Assembly: GCF_006345805.1 (NCBI RefSeq) | Contig: NC_042998.1 | Location: 12,524,001-12,588,000, forward strand | Length of the DNA: 64,000 nt | Direction: 5' to 3' | DNA from: Octopus sinensis | Taxonomy: Eukaryota | Part shown: one piece after another, positions 1-11,934 of the stretch | Numbering within the stretch: position 1 is the stretch's first letter | How the letters are laid out: each line of letters opens with the position of its first letter | Notes under the pieces: generated by a model | What the model was told of the DNA's origin: nothing | What the model saw: only the letters and a program-made list of their open reading frames with translations | The model's database searches: none | Position numbers and translations under genes: made by a program

Positions 1-239
1 GTGTCGCCTGCATTTATTGCAGATAGTATCCATAATACTAACACGATCTTTGATGATACAACCTGCAAGTAGAAAAGAAAAACTTAAGGATACGGTGGTA
101 AAAATTAATATATAAAAATGATCGTTGTTGTCATCCCAACACCCAATGATGGAACTTTATTTTTCCTTGCTATGTCCAGCTTCCTCATTCTAGAAAGACA
201 TACATGTGTACACGCGACCTTGTACATATACTACGAAAA

Positions 240-530
240 GGTATAACTCAGTGTTAGAGCAACCATAAGGTTGTGTGTTTGGTTCTCTGACTGGGCTGTG
301 TGTTATGTTCTTGAGTAAGATACTTTATTTCAAGTTGCTCCAGTACACTCAGCTATTGAAATGAGTTTCGACTTCACTGGTGCCAATCTGTATCGGCCTT
401 ACACTTTCCCTCGAACAACATCGATGGCGTGAGGAGCGGAGACTGGTATGCAAGGGCGACTGCTAGTCTTCCAGAAACCACCTTGCCCAGACTTCTATTC
501 TGGAGGGGAGCCTTCTGAGAGCAATCCCGC
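240..530 (+). mobile_element. Degenerate tRNA/CORE-type SINE (family D)
   Basis: Decayed B-box-like ggttgtgtgtttggttctc, followed by a CORE-like segment gtgttatgttcttgagtaagatactttatttcaagttgctccagt. Boundaries approximate; recognised from memory of CORE-SINE sequences. Confidence 0.4.
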
Positions 531-608
531 GAATAGTGTGAAGACCCCTTTCCAGGTCTTTGCCCTTTATGTTTATATGTGCTAGTTTGTACACGTTACT
601 AATTTGAT

Positions 609-1022
609 TACTCTCTTTTACTCTTTTACTTGTTTCAGTCATTTGACAGCGGCCATGCTGGAGCACCACCTTTAGTCAAGCAAATCGACCCCGGGACTTA
701 TTCTTTGTAATCCTAGTACTTATTCTATCGGGTTCTTTTGCCGAACCGCTAAGTAACGGGGACGTAAACACACCAGCATCGGTTGTTAAGCAATGCTGGG
801 GGGACAATCACAGACACACAAACATATACACACACACTTATATATATATACATATATACAACAGGCTTCTTTCAGTTTCCGTCTACCAAATCCACTCACA
901 AGGCATTGGTCGGCCCGGGGCTATAGCAGAAGACACTTGCCCAAGATGCCACGCAGTGGGACTGAACCCGGAACCATGTGGCTGGTTAGCAAGCTACTTA
1001 CCACACAGCCACTCCTGCACCT
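609..1022 (-). mobile_element. SINE family A (tRNA head, internal TA/TG microsatellite, AAAAGAGT tail), full length
   Basis: Minus strand starts aggtgcaggagtggctgtgtggtaa (A-box-like), has ggttcagtccc (B-box-like) and ends gaaacaagtaaaagagtaaaagagagta. Near-identical to copies at 8972-9417 and 11357-11773. Confidence 0.9.
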
Positions 1023-1995
1023 ATGATTGTCTATTTTTCATTTACCTCAACTGGAGATTTTGTACAATATTGTTAATAAGGTAAATGATCGGTCGAGAAT
1101 AGGCTTCTTTGATACAGCACTGACCTGGTATTTTCGATATTTTCTCTGTGTGTGTATGTGTGTGTCTGTGTCTCTGAGTGTCTGTTTTGTGTGTGTGTGT
1201 GCGCGTACGTGTGTGCGTTATGCACGTGTGCATGCAACTTGTACAGGGAAATATTTCCTGCACGAATTCTTAAACTTTCTGAGTAAAATTCGCATTCATG
1301 CTTATTAATGTTACGAGTGCACCTGATTCAATGTCTCTTCATAAATTAGACTTTTAATCCATTAAGTAAAGATTTATTAATCGTACGTTAATTTCTATAG
1401 CAGTATAATTTTTCACACTCGTTTATTTCCATAGCAAGCCAAAAAAAAAAATGCATCTAATTTCTCGATGATATTTATTAATAATATTTTGGATTAAATT
1501 TATACAGTTTACAAAACACAATTTTCGAATTACCATAATTCATTCGATTTCTATATTAATAAATATAATCAATTTCAATTGAAGAACAATTTTCTTGAAT
1601 CCTATGCAAATAATATAGCTGATATAATCATACACATATTATATTAATTTTTTTAATGCTAAATGCCTGGTCATATTTTCCCAAATACATCTAAATATTG
1701 CTGGCTTATGCATTAATAAATGATAATGACTTGTTTGAAAATTGTATAAACAAATTTTGCCAGAAAGCAAACTAATAATTCATGCTAATGCCAAGCAAAC
1801 CGCTCGAATTATCATAGCTGTGTGTTCATGTATATTAAATCTCAACCTTTATTCAATAGCTGTTATTATAAAATCATAAATCAAAAGCTATGGAAATTAG
1901 TAGCCAATATGAAACAGCGTATGGTAAGCGTTTCTGCGCACGAGGTAAAATTCCCTGCGAGCTAATACAGTTTAGAAAATTCAATTGAAGATTGC

Positions 1996-2043
1996 GACTA
2001 CAACACGTGACTTAGACATCAGTCTAAGTCACGTGTTATAGTC
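1996..2043. repeat. 22-bp inverted repeat with 4-nt loop; each arm carries CACGTG
   Basis: gactacaacacgtgacttagac-atca-gtctaagtcacgtgttatagtc; 21/22 complementary. Confidence 0.9.
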
Positions 2044-2250
2044 AGTGCGCTTGTAATAGAATAGATCGTTCTGTGTTTATTCAGTGCAAGTGCCTCGTAG
2101 ATATAAAATGTGGAACATATTAATATTAGGCATTTCATAGAATGCACTAATATTGAAAAGAAACTGGAAAGCATAATTATCTTTATTACGCTTTACATTT
2201 AACATTTTATAATGCCAAAGCAATATAATGTCTATGACTTTATAATGTGA

Positions 2251-2668
2251 GTGCTTTTGTGCCAGTGTGTGACCCCAGAACTGCTTGACAACCAGTGTTG
2301 TGTTCTCTCTCTATCCGCTCAGTCGAAGTCGACTCTCGGTCACTCGTTGGATCAGTGTCCTCCAGTCAGTTCTATCCTGGGCCGCTTCCTTCAGACTGGC
2401 CATGTCCATTCCAGTATCACTACTGGTGGTGTCAAGCCAGCGGGTTCTTGGACGGCCTCTTCCTCTCTTGCCACTGACCATTCCGAGCATGATGTCCTTC
2501 TCCAGGGATTCACATCCTCGTAACTCAGCAGTTTGGTAAAAGAAACTGATAGAATAAGTAGAAGGCTTTAAGAAAAAGTACGGGGTTATTTCATTCGACT
2601 AAAATTCTTCAAACCTGTGCCCTAGCATGGCCGTAGTCTAATGAGTGAAACAAGTCAGTTATAAAAGC
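2251..2668 (+). mobile_element. 3' half of a family-A-related SINE, interrupted by an RTE fragment
   Basis: cttgacaaccagtgttgtgtt ... cacatcctcgtaactcagcagtttggtaaaagaaactgatagaataagt ... atgagtgaaacaagt matches the 3' half of family A once 2305-2510 is removed. Confidence 0.75.
2305..2510 (-). mobile_element. 3' end of RTE/BovB-type LINE (ORF C-terminus plus (GA)n tail)
   Basis: Minus strand translates SLEKDIMLGMVSGKRGRGRPRTRWLDTTSSDTGMDMASLKEAAQDRTDWRTLIQRVTESRLRLSG*, the characteristic RTE-clade C-terminus, followed by agagagag. Confidence 0.85.
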
Positions 2669-2681
2669 TGCATTGTATGAA

Positions 2682-2844
2682 AGGCGCGGGAGTGGTTGTG
2701 TGGTAAGTAGCTTGCTTGCCAACCACATGGCTCCGGGTTCTATTCCACTGCATGTCACCTTGGACAAATGTCTTCTATGATAGCCTCAGGCCAACCAAGG
2801 TCTTGTGAGTGGATTTAGTAGAGAGAAATTGAAAGAAGCTAGTC

Positions 2845-2882
<38 letters not shown>

Positions 2883-2897
2883 TAGAATATGTGTGTG

Positions 2898-2930
<33 letters not shown>

Positions 2931-3107
2931 CTGTGTTTGTCACCCCCACCATCATTTCATGGTGTGTTTACATCCCCGTAACTTAGCGGTTTAACCAAAG
3001 GGACTAATAGAACAAGCACTAGGCTTACTTACAGAGAATAAGTCCTAGGGTCGATATGTTGGACTAAAGGCGGTGCTCCAGCATGGCCACAATCAAATGA
3101 CTGAAAC
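2682..3107 (+). mobile_element. SINE family A, diverged full-length copy
   Basis: aggcgcgggagtggttgtgtggtaag ... internal (TA)n(TG)n ... caaatgactgaaac. Confidence 0.85.
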
Positions 3108-3356
3108 TTTCGAATCTCTCCCAGTGAGAATAGCGTGAAAGATGTTTACACCATTTGAAGAATAAGTGGATGAAACTGAAGTCAATGCAGCCGCATTTAA
3201 ATGCAGCTATTTTTTAAAAATGATATTCAGTGATCGAATTCATTAAAACCTATATATTCACTAAAACTTAGAGCTTCTTAAAATTTCGATAGCGCACTAA
3301 ATGTTTTAAAGATTATTTCCAGGAACATCTTGAATATAGCAGAACAGAGTCAACAA

Positions 3357-4781
3357 TCCTCTTCTTCTTTTTTTTCTTCTTCTTCTTCTTCCTCTTTTAC
3401 TTCTTCTTCTTCTTTTTCTCCTTCTTTTTCTTCTTCTCCTTTATCTTCTTCTTCTTCTTCTTCTTCTACTTCTTTTTTCTTCTTCTTCTACTTCTTCTTC
3501 TTCTACTTCTTCTTTTACTCCTCTTCTTCTACTTCTTTTTTTTCTTCTTCTTCTTCTTCTTCTTCTTCTTCTTTTTCTTCTTCTTTTTCTTCTTCTTCTT
3601 CTTCTTCTTTTTCTTCTTCTTTTTCTTCTTCCTCTTTTACTTCTTCTTCTTCTTTTCTCCTTCTTTTTCTTCTTCTCCTTTTTCTTCTTCTTCTTCTTCT
3701 TCTTCTACATCTTCTTTTCCTCTTCTCCTTTTTCTTCTTCTTCTTCTTCTTCTTCTTCTTCTTCTACATCTTCTTTCCTCTTCTTCTTCCTCTTCTTCTT
3801 CCTCTTTTCTTCTTCTTCTTCCTCTTCTTCTTCTTCTTCCTCTTTTACTTCTTCTTCTTCTTTTTCTCCTTCTTTTTCTTCTTCTCCTTTTTCTTCTTCT
3901 TTTTCTATTTCTTCTTCTACTTCTTCTTTTTCTCCTTCTTTTTCTTCTTCTCCTTTTTCTTCTTCTTCTTCTACTTCTTCTACTTCTTCTTCTTCTTCTC
4001 TCCTTCTTCTTCTTCTGCTTCTCCTTTTTCTTCTTCTTTTTCTATTTCTTCTTCTACTTCTTTTTCTCCTTCTTTTTCTTCTTCTCCTTTTTCTTCTCCT
4101 TCTTCTTCTTATTCTACTTCTTCTTCTTCTTCTCCTTCTTCTTCTTCTTCTTCTCCTTCTTCTTCTTCGCCTTCTTTTTCTTCTTCTCCTTCTTCTTCTT
4201 CTCCTTCTCCTTCTCATTCTCCTTCTTCTTCGTCTTCTGCTTCTACTTCTTCTTTTACTTCTCCTTTTTCTCCTTCTTTTTCTTCTTCTCCTTTTTCTTC
4301 TTCTTTTTCTTCTTCTCCTTTTTCTTCTTCTTCTTCTTCTTTTTCTTCTTCTCCTTCTCCTTCTTCTTCTTCGCCTTCCTTTTCTTCCTCTCTTCTTCTT
4401 CTTCTTCTTCTTCTTCTTCTTCTCCTTCTTTTTCTTCTTCTCCTTCTCCTTCTCCTTCTTCTTCTTCTTTTACTTCTCCTTCTTCTTCTTTTACTTCTCC
4501 TTCTTCTTCTTTTACTTCTCCTTCTACTTCTTCCTCTTTTACTTCTCCTTTTTCTCCTTCTTCTTCTTCTTTTACTTCTTCTTCTTCTCCTTTTTCTTCT
4601 TGTCCTTCTCCTTCTTCTTCTTATTTTTCTTCTTCTTCTTCGTCTTCTCCTTCTACTTCTTCCTCTTTTACTCTCCTTTTTCTCCTTCTTTTTCTTTTTC
4701 TCCTTTTTTTTCTTCTTCTGCTTCTTCTTCTTCCTCTTCTCCTTTTTCTTCTTCTCCTTCTCCTTCTCCTTCTTCTTCTTC
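3357..4781. repeat. About 1.4-kb compound (TTC)n-derived polypyrimidine/polypurine tract
   Basis: Plus strand is almost entirely T and C, with recurring higher-order units such as tcttcttcctcttttacttcttcttcttctttttctccttctttttcttcttctcc. Confidence 0.95.
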
Positions 4782-4786
4782 GCCAA

Positions 4787-5060
4787 TCACACACACACAC
4801 ACACACATATGAATACGCGCGCACGCACACTCACGCCACCCGGACAAGTATAACACTACAAACATACACAAACAGACACACAAACATGCTCAGATAGACA
4901 CACGCACATACCACCCTCACTAACACAACATACACACGCACGCACATAGATGTACACACAAACATGAACAAACATATACACACACGCGCGCACACACAGC
5001 ACCCTGACAAATATAAATCACACATATACACACACACACACACAAACGTGCACACATGTA
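4787..5060. repeat. Degenerate (CA)n-rich tract
   Basis: Interrupted CA/CG/ACAT runs. Confidence 0.85.
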
Positions 5061-5063
5061 CGA

Positions 5064-5603
5064 ACGCTGGTGAGACCCATATTGGAGTACGGAATTCAAG
5101 CCTCTTCTCCTTATCTCCTCAAAGACATACAGCATCTCGAAAGAGTCCAGAAGCTGGCTACCCGCATGGTTCTTGGTCTCAAGCATTTGTCTTATGAAGA
5201 AAGGCTGAAGACGCTCGACCTTTATTCTCTAGAAAAACGACGACGCCGTGGTGATCTCATTCTTGCTTACAACATCATGAGCGGAAAGCGTAACCTCTCG
5301 AAAGAGTTGTTCTTCACTCCTGCACCAGAGCGTCGGCTGCGGGGGTCACTCCGAAAAGCTCTGTCTGCAACGATTTCATCTCAATCGAATGAGAGGGGCT
5401 TTCTCCGTCCGGGTTGCGGATCCGTGGAATAAGCTGCCGGACGAGATAGTGAAGATGCCGACGACCGCTTGGTTCAAAGTCTCTCTTGACCAGAAATGGC
5501 CTGAACTATTTACATGAACACCCTCCCTGTACATAACTCCATGTCCCCCTACATGGCCTTGCTTTTTGCTTTTTGAGCCAAAAATTTAACTTAACTTAAC
5601 TTA
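5064..5603 (+). mobile_element. 5'-truncated CR1-clade LINE (ORF2 C-terminus, 3' UTR, (TAACT)n tail)
   Basis: VRPILEYGIQASSPYLLKDIQHLERVQKLATRM...SYEERLKTLDLYSLEKRRRRGDLILAYNIMSG is the CR1 post-RT region. One frameshift near 5345; tail tttaacttaacttaactta. Same family as 48598-49372. Confidence 0.9.
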
Positions 5604-5691
5604 CACCCTGCTAAATATAAAACATATACAAACACGCCATACTGAACTATAAGACTAGTCAATAAAACCCCACATACATACACAAGCACAC

Positions 5692-5694
<3 letters not shown>

Positions 5695-5772
<78 letters not shown>
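5695..5772. repeat. (TA)n microsatellite
   Basis: Uninterrupted TA run of about 75 bp. Confidence 0.95.
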
Positions 5773-5775
<3 letters not shown>

Positions 5776-6453
5776 CACACACATGCATAGAACTGTGCAC
5801 ACATTCAAACACACACACTCACACCATCTTGAACTCTAGACCAGTCCAACAACCACTGAACCATAACAGACTATCCCAGCAATTAAAAAAATTCCGCAAA
5901 ATATTTCAATGCTTTTCTCCGCCAACCAATCCCCGCAGTATTTCTAAAATTAGTAACCATCCTTGCCAAACACACAAACCAGACTGGAGATGAAGGAAAA
6001 AAAGGTTGGTCAATCCCCTAAAATTCTGTATGAATACTTAAATATGATTTCCGATGAAGCTTTGGCTAAACAACACACGCTTTCTCCTATCAAATACTGT
6101 CTACAAATTCTTCCTGTGTATATACTTCTATGCAATCATGATTTTTGATGAACTTATAAATAATTATGAATTTATTTTACTACCTGTTTTGAACATTTTA
6201 TGTAATCTGTTTAAACACAAAGCCCCTTTTAACATATTCTTATCATTATCAAAGACTTTATCATTGTATTTTAATACATCTATGATAACCATTTTTTAAC
6301 ACAACAAAGCTGCACTATGTTTTACATTTTACTTTTGAATATCTTTTTTTTTAAAGTGAAACCGGTCAAGTGAATAAACATCATTAAAAGACCTCTGCAT
6401 TTTCAAATCCTCTTTCCTATATATTTTCACTCGTGCAGTGCCTTGCAATATTA

Positions 6454-6502
<49 letters not shown>

Positions 6503-6553
6503 GTATATATATATATATATATAATATATATGTATATATTATATATATATATA

Positions 6554-6589
<36 letters not shown>

Positions 6590-6790
6590 GGGAGAATTCA
6601 CCAAAAATAAAACAACAAAAGACGAAGACAGGTGGTGTAGACAACAAACAGATGTTTTAGTATAACGCTCGGGAAGTGGAAAGGTCTTTAATGTTTCGAG
6701 CCGACGCTCTTCCACAGAAAGGAACAAAAAAGAAAGAAGGAGAGAAAATAAAGAATGTGTAGTGGCTAGCGACCTATCATAGCGATAACT
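6590..6790 (-). mobile_element. Penelope-like element pseudo-LTR / 3' end (subfamily 1)
   Basis: Homologous to 20804-20960. Contains a hammerhead-like core; its 3' end abuts (TA)n at about 6505-6589. Confidence 0.65.
6686..6721 (-). ncRNA. Minimal type-I hammerhead-ribozyme-like motif (A6U variant)
   Basis: Minus strand CUUU-CUGUGGA-A-GAGC-GUCG-GCUC-GAAA-CAU-U-AAAG. Stem I CUUU/AAAG and stem II GAGC/GCUC pair; the stem III palindrome is mutated (ACAU instead of ACGU). Confidence 0.5.
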
Positions 6791-7500
6791 GTCTCAAGAA
6801 TCGATGTACATATGGTGCATTTCCTACATATAATCGCGGTCTACACCATCTTCGAGGAGGGAAAAGGAGCCAGATTCTTAGTTGAGGAATTTAGTAGTGC
6901 TAAGTATCAGCATCGAGAAGAGAGGGAGAAGGATTTGGTCTACTACTAATTTATGTAACGTGCAGAGAAGGGTAGAAAGCAAGAATAGAATAATGAATGT
7001 ATGTGGGTAGAGAGAAACTAATTCCCATAGAGATTCTAAGAGTTAGAGAAAACTGATTAGAAAGTAATAGCTAGTGCTTATATGCATCGGATAGAAGGAG
7101 ATTAAGTGATAACATAAGACGAAACCCAGAAGTATAATGCAAATATTGTATGATGAGTGAGTTAGAATTAACAAACAACCGACTGGGAGTGAGGGTTTGA
7201 GTGTTTGAGGGTTGAAGACAAGATAAAGAAAATCTACCAAAGCAGTTTGGTAGGGTGGACGAAACACAGTATGTGAAAAAAGTGTGGTTCTACTAAATAC
7301 CAGGAACAAAATCTATAGGGTAGTGGAGGAAATCAAGTCAAGCTTAAAAACCAGCAAGTATATTTGGGGTTCCCGGAGATTGAATGATTGTAACTCTAAA
7401 TAGTTGAGATGTCTTTCCCAACCTTATCCGAAAAGCATCCCATAGGACAATGTCTCCTGGTCAATTTGCAACCTTTCACACTGTGATAGATTTGTCGTCT
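6791..7500 (-). mobile_element. Possible degenerate Penelope-like internal sequence
   Basis: Lies directly 5' of the pLTR and has the same C-rich minus-strand bias as the clearer PLE fragment at 41455-42100. No clean motif recovered. Confidence 0.25.
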
Positions 7501-7935
7501 CTTGGTTAATCTCTTTGGTTTCCATTAACATTCTTGCCTAATGATCATCTCTAGAGCCGAAATCACCGTACCATTTTAATTGTAAGTTCAGTGAAGAGTA
7601 TTATGAATATTAAGTTGTCACTAGATAAATAATAAAGTGAGGTGTAAGAGATTAAAAATAAAATATAATAAAGTATAATAAAATAGATTAATTTGATTCA
7701 AATCATATTTAGTTCAAATAGGTAATATTTAGATTGTAAGTTCCGTGGAGAATGAAAATATAGTAAGTAGTCGCCAGATGAAGTGATGTGTAACGGGTTA
7801 AAATAAATAAAATGAAATAAAATGAAGTAAATATATTGATACAATTTAAATAAGTTAAATAAGCATACGAAGTACACACACTTTGTACAAGTGATAATTA
7901 TGTGCAACAGAATTAAATAGACGGGTTCGTATTAC

Positions 7936-8211
7936 GTGATTACTACACATCGCTAGTCACAATGCGGTTTGCATTGTTTTAGCCTTCAAAGATGCTACCC
8001 CGCTGGCTTAAGTAGCAGGCCAACAGAAGAAAGAGTGAGAGAAAGTTGTGGCGAAAGAGTACAGCAGGGATCGCCAACACCCCCTGCCGGGGCCTCGTTG
8101 ACCTTTAGGTGTTTTCGCTCAATAAACACTCACAACGCCCGGTCTGGGAATCGAAACCGTGATCCTACGACCGCGAGTTCACTGCCCTGATCACTGGGCC
8201 ATTGCGCCTCC
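7936..8211 (-). mobile_element. tRNA-derived SINE (family C)
   Basis: Minus strand starts ggaggcgcaatggcccagtgatcagggcagtg (A box TGGCCCAGTG) and has ggtttcgattccc (B box); body unrelated to families A and B. Confidence 0.8.
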
Positions 8212-8374
8212 ACGTGTTCATATTAACATAATAACAGGCGTCTTTCGACTTAGACGAATTGAACTCAGCTGGCATATTTGAAAAATAATGCCTTATGGCA
8301 GACGAAGAAAGCGGTGTTATCGTGACGCTGGTCCGAAGCGAAAGGGCTATAGTTGGCCAGCGGTCACGTGTGAA

Positions 8375-8512
8375 GAGAAGAGAGAGAAAAAGAGGGGCAA
8401 AGGAATTAAAGAGGGGGAGAAGTGAGAGAAAAGTGGAACAAAAGTATTAAGGAGGGGGAGAAGAGAGAGAAAAAGAGGAACAAGGAATTAAGGAGGGGGA
8501 GAAGAAAGAGAG
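8375..8512. repeat. Purine-rich minisatellite, about 3.3 copies of a 41-bp unit
   Basis: Unit approximates gagaagagagagaaaaagaggaacaaggaattaaggagggg. Confidence 0.8.
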
Positions 8513-8971
8513 CGTACCACGGATTAGCGAGAAAAATGAAAGACGGGGACAGCAAAATGCAAAGTAAGAAAGGCAACGAATTTTGATAAATAGGTTAAAT
8601 TGTGGTGACTTGATAGATGTACAAAATAAATTTATAAAGGTTTTCCCCATGACAGGAAGACGAAACACAAATTCTAGAGACGATTACTTGCCACTGAGAA
8701 GAATAAGGGAAAAGTAATTTCCTGAAAATACGAATATATTTCTCTTGTGAATTTACAAGTGAGGGAAATCATTGTGTATATGTTGTAGGCAAGGCACAGC
8801 TATTTACATATGTTACAGTCTTTTTGATCTTATTACTATTGTGCAATCTCACATTGCCTGTAGTAGTGAAATTAAGTTTTTAAATTTCTACTAATGCAAA
8901 AAAGAAATACGTATAATGAGGATTAGGGTAATTTACATAATCAAAGTAAACCGTAAGGAACATTGGTAAGT

Positions 8972-9417
8972 AGGCGCAGGAGTGGCTGTGTGGTAAGTAG
9001 CTTGCTAACCAACCACATGGTTCTGGGTTCAATCCCACTGCGTGGCATCTTGGGCAAGTGTCTTCTGCTATAGCCCCGGGCCGACCAATGCCTTGTGAGT
9101 GGATTTGGTAGACGGAAACTGAAAGAAGCCTGTCGTATATATGTATATATAATATATATATATATATATATTATATTATACATATGTATGTATGTATTGT
9201 GGTGTTTGTGTGTCTGTGTTTGTCCCCCTACCATTGCTTGACAACAGATGCTGGTGTGTGTTTATGTCCCCGTCACTTAGCAGTTCGGCAAAAGAGACCG
9301 ATAGAATAAGTACTGGGCTTACAAAGAATAAGTCCCGGGGTCGATTTGCTCGACTAAAGGCGGCGCTCCAGCATGGTCGCAGTCAAATGACTGAAACAAG
9401 TAAAAGAGTAAAGAGTA
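8972..9417 (+). mobile_element. SINE family A, full length
   Basis: aggcgcaggagtggctgtgtggtaag ... gggttcaatccc ... gaaacaagtaaaagagtaaagagta; short flanking direct repeat gtaagtag. Confidence 0.9.
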
Positions 9418-10159
9418 AGTAGATTTAAAAATTTGTATATCAATCATTAAAAAAAAAGCACATTCTGTACTGAATGACATACAGAATGATATTTTATTTA
9501 TATTCCCCTTAAAAACTAAAAGCGGAAAAATGAACAACATATTAGAGCAGTTGTGAGCGACTCTGCGAAAGAAGGGAAATCCAATCTTTCGATATCAGGA
9601 TTACATTTCTCAACTTATTTTACATGCAAGGTCAAAACGAAACAGTCTGTGTTTGATATAATTTTCAACATATTCATAATAGAAAAAATACATGTGTAGA
9701 AACACCCACCACCACCACCACTCCACACATTCTTTTCATTTATTGTTTTCGTGGTTTTAGTCGTAGGACCACGGCCATGCTGGAGCATCGCCTTAAACTG
9801 TATGGGAGAATTCTGGTTGTTAGGTTGTCATCTTCCACTGGAATAACATGTCGTGAAACCTGAGATTTGTAGTGGTTCAATTTTCTTATTTATTTTGTCC
9901 CTGCACTGTAACCGATGAATATATTTTATTAGTTTTCAAAAATGGAAAATTGAATATACTTTCACTTAAATCTACCGACAGTTCACAATACCAATTGTAC
10001 GAATTCAAATGTACCCCTTTTTTCTGGCTGCTTTAGTATCGCACAGTTGATATGACACCTGCATACACAATTTTCCTATGGTCTCCATCGTATCTGAAAA
10101 TGATATTTATTTTGTTCACCAATAATGATAGCAGGTGTGAAATTTTGACTTCATCATAG

Positions 10160-10288
10160 ACAGAGAGTGTACTGGGAGAGGAGCAGTGTGGTTTTAGGAG
10201 TGCGAGTGGGTGTGCAGATCAAATATTTGTAGTAAGACAGAAGTGTGAGATGTTTTTGGCAAAAGGGAGGGAGGTGTATTGGGCTTTT
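10160..10288 (+). mobile_element. Short RTE reverse-transcriptase fragment (inverted duplicate of 10780-10903)
   Basis: Translates ESVLGEEQCGFRSASGCADQIFVVRQKCEMFLAKGREVYWAF. Confidence 0.8.
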
Positions 10289-11320
10289 AACTCGCTCACC
10301 ACACCATCCATATATAAATTAAACAGTCACAGATACATCACACAACCCTGGCTTAATTCCACCTTCACATCAAACCACTCACTTATTTTACCACCCACCC
10401 TAATGCACGCCCTACTTTCTCTATAAAAAATTCTGAACAGCTCTGAACAATCTACCATCTACTCCATACGACCGCAATACCTATTTCTTTATTACCCATG
10501 AGGGGCTAAACACAGAGGAGACAAACAAGGACAGACATAGGTATTAAGTCGATTACATCGACCCCAGTGCGTAACTGGTACTTAATTTATCGATCCCGAA
10601 AGGATGAAAGGCAAAGTCGACCTGGGCGGAATTTGAACTCAGAACGTAACGGCAGGCAAAATACCGTTAAGCATTTCGCCCGGCGTGCTAACGTTTTTGC
10701 CAACTCGCCGCCTTAACGACCGCAATACCTGCCACATTGCATCCCTATCCACTCGGTCATATGCCTTCTCCAATTCCATAAAGGCCCAATAAACCTCCCT
10801 TTTGTCAAAGACTTCTCACACATCTGTCTTATGCAAATATTTCATCTGCACGCCCACTTCCACTTCTAAAACCACACTGCTCCACCCCTAGTACACTCTC
10901 TGTTTGGTTTCTCACACTAACAATCAGAATTCTCCCATACAGTTTACTAACCACTCACAACAGTCTTATACCCCTAAAATTTCCACACTCATATTTGTCC
11001 CTTTTATAGTACAATAGAACTATACAGGCACTGCACCAGTCCATCGGTATTCTTCCAGCCATATAAGAAACATAAGCTTTACTAACCATTCAATCACTGT
11101 CACTCTTTCCCTTAGGCATTCCACTGTACACCCATATATACCTGGCCCCTTCCGGTTAGGCATCTTCTGCAGGGGTTCCCTCATCTCATCTCTTCCAATT
11201 GCACCGTAGTTCCATTCCCCAACGACAGTCATTCTCCTCTCTCCTACAGCCACTGTACTTTCCTTCCTAACATTCTCCACATTTAACAGCTCACTAAAAT
11301 TTTCTGCCTTATCCTTCTTA
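10289..11320 (-). pseudogene. Degraded RTE-clade RT fragment, interrupted by a SINE
   Basis: Minus strand across frameshifts: ENFSELLNV...QKMPNRKGPGIYG...EQCGFRSGSG...AFMELEKAYDRVDRDAMWQVLRSYGV...QGCVM..LFNLYMDGVV. Confidence 0.8.
10483..10715 (-). mobile_element. SINE family B, full length, with 15-bp TSD
   Basis: Head aaggcggcgagttggcaaaaacgttagc, B-box-like gagttcaaattcc, tail gtgggtaataaagaaat (catgggtaataaagaaat in this copy). TSD acgaccgcaatacct at 10468-10482 and 10716-10730. Confidence 0.92.
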
Positions 11321-11356
11321 CTCACACACACACACATACACTCACAAATATATGTA

Positions 11357-11773
11357 TACTCTTTACTCTTTTACTTGTTTCAGTCATTTGACTGTGGCCA
11401 TGCTAGAGTACCGCCTTTAGTCGAGCAACTCGACCCCGGGACTTATTCTTTGTAAGCCCAGTACTTATTCTATCGGTCTCTTTTTGCCGAACCGCTAAGT
11501 GACGGGGACATAAACACACCAGCATCGGTTGTCAAGCAATGCTTGTGGGACAGACACAGACACGCAAACATACACGAACATATATATATATATATATATA
11601 TACATATATACGACGGGCTTCTTTCAGTTTCCGTCTACCAAATCCACTCACAAGGCATTGGTCGGCCCGAGGCTATAGTAGAAGACACTCGCCCAAGGTG
11701 CCACGCAGTGGGACTGAACCCGAAACCATGTGGTTGGTAGGCAAGCTACTTACCACACAGCCACTCCTGCGCC
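11357..11773 (-). mobile_element. SINE family A, full length
   Basis: Same head, internal microsatellite and tail as 609-1022. Confidence 0.9.
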
Positions 11774-11934
11774 AATGTTATTTTATTTTAAGATTTCATG
11801 CCAATAGAGAAAATCTCGGTTCGTAATCGACATCAAACGCCCCTTCATTGGAATTTCAATAACTTCAAACAGGGTATTTGTGCTTGTTTGTATGGATGTG
11901 TGCAATATTTGGATTGAGCCCATCTGCAGATGTG

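Noticed and set aside
3330-4883. Long S/F/L-rich and E/K/R-rich ORFs (up to 507 aa)
   Set aside because: They arise from a stop-free TTC/GAA repeat, with no complexity or domain signal.
8130-8211. SINE heads as tRNA genes (also families A and B)
   Set aside because: A and B boxes are present but no complete cloverleaf could be folded, and each continues into a repeated SINE body.
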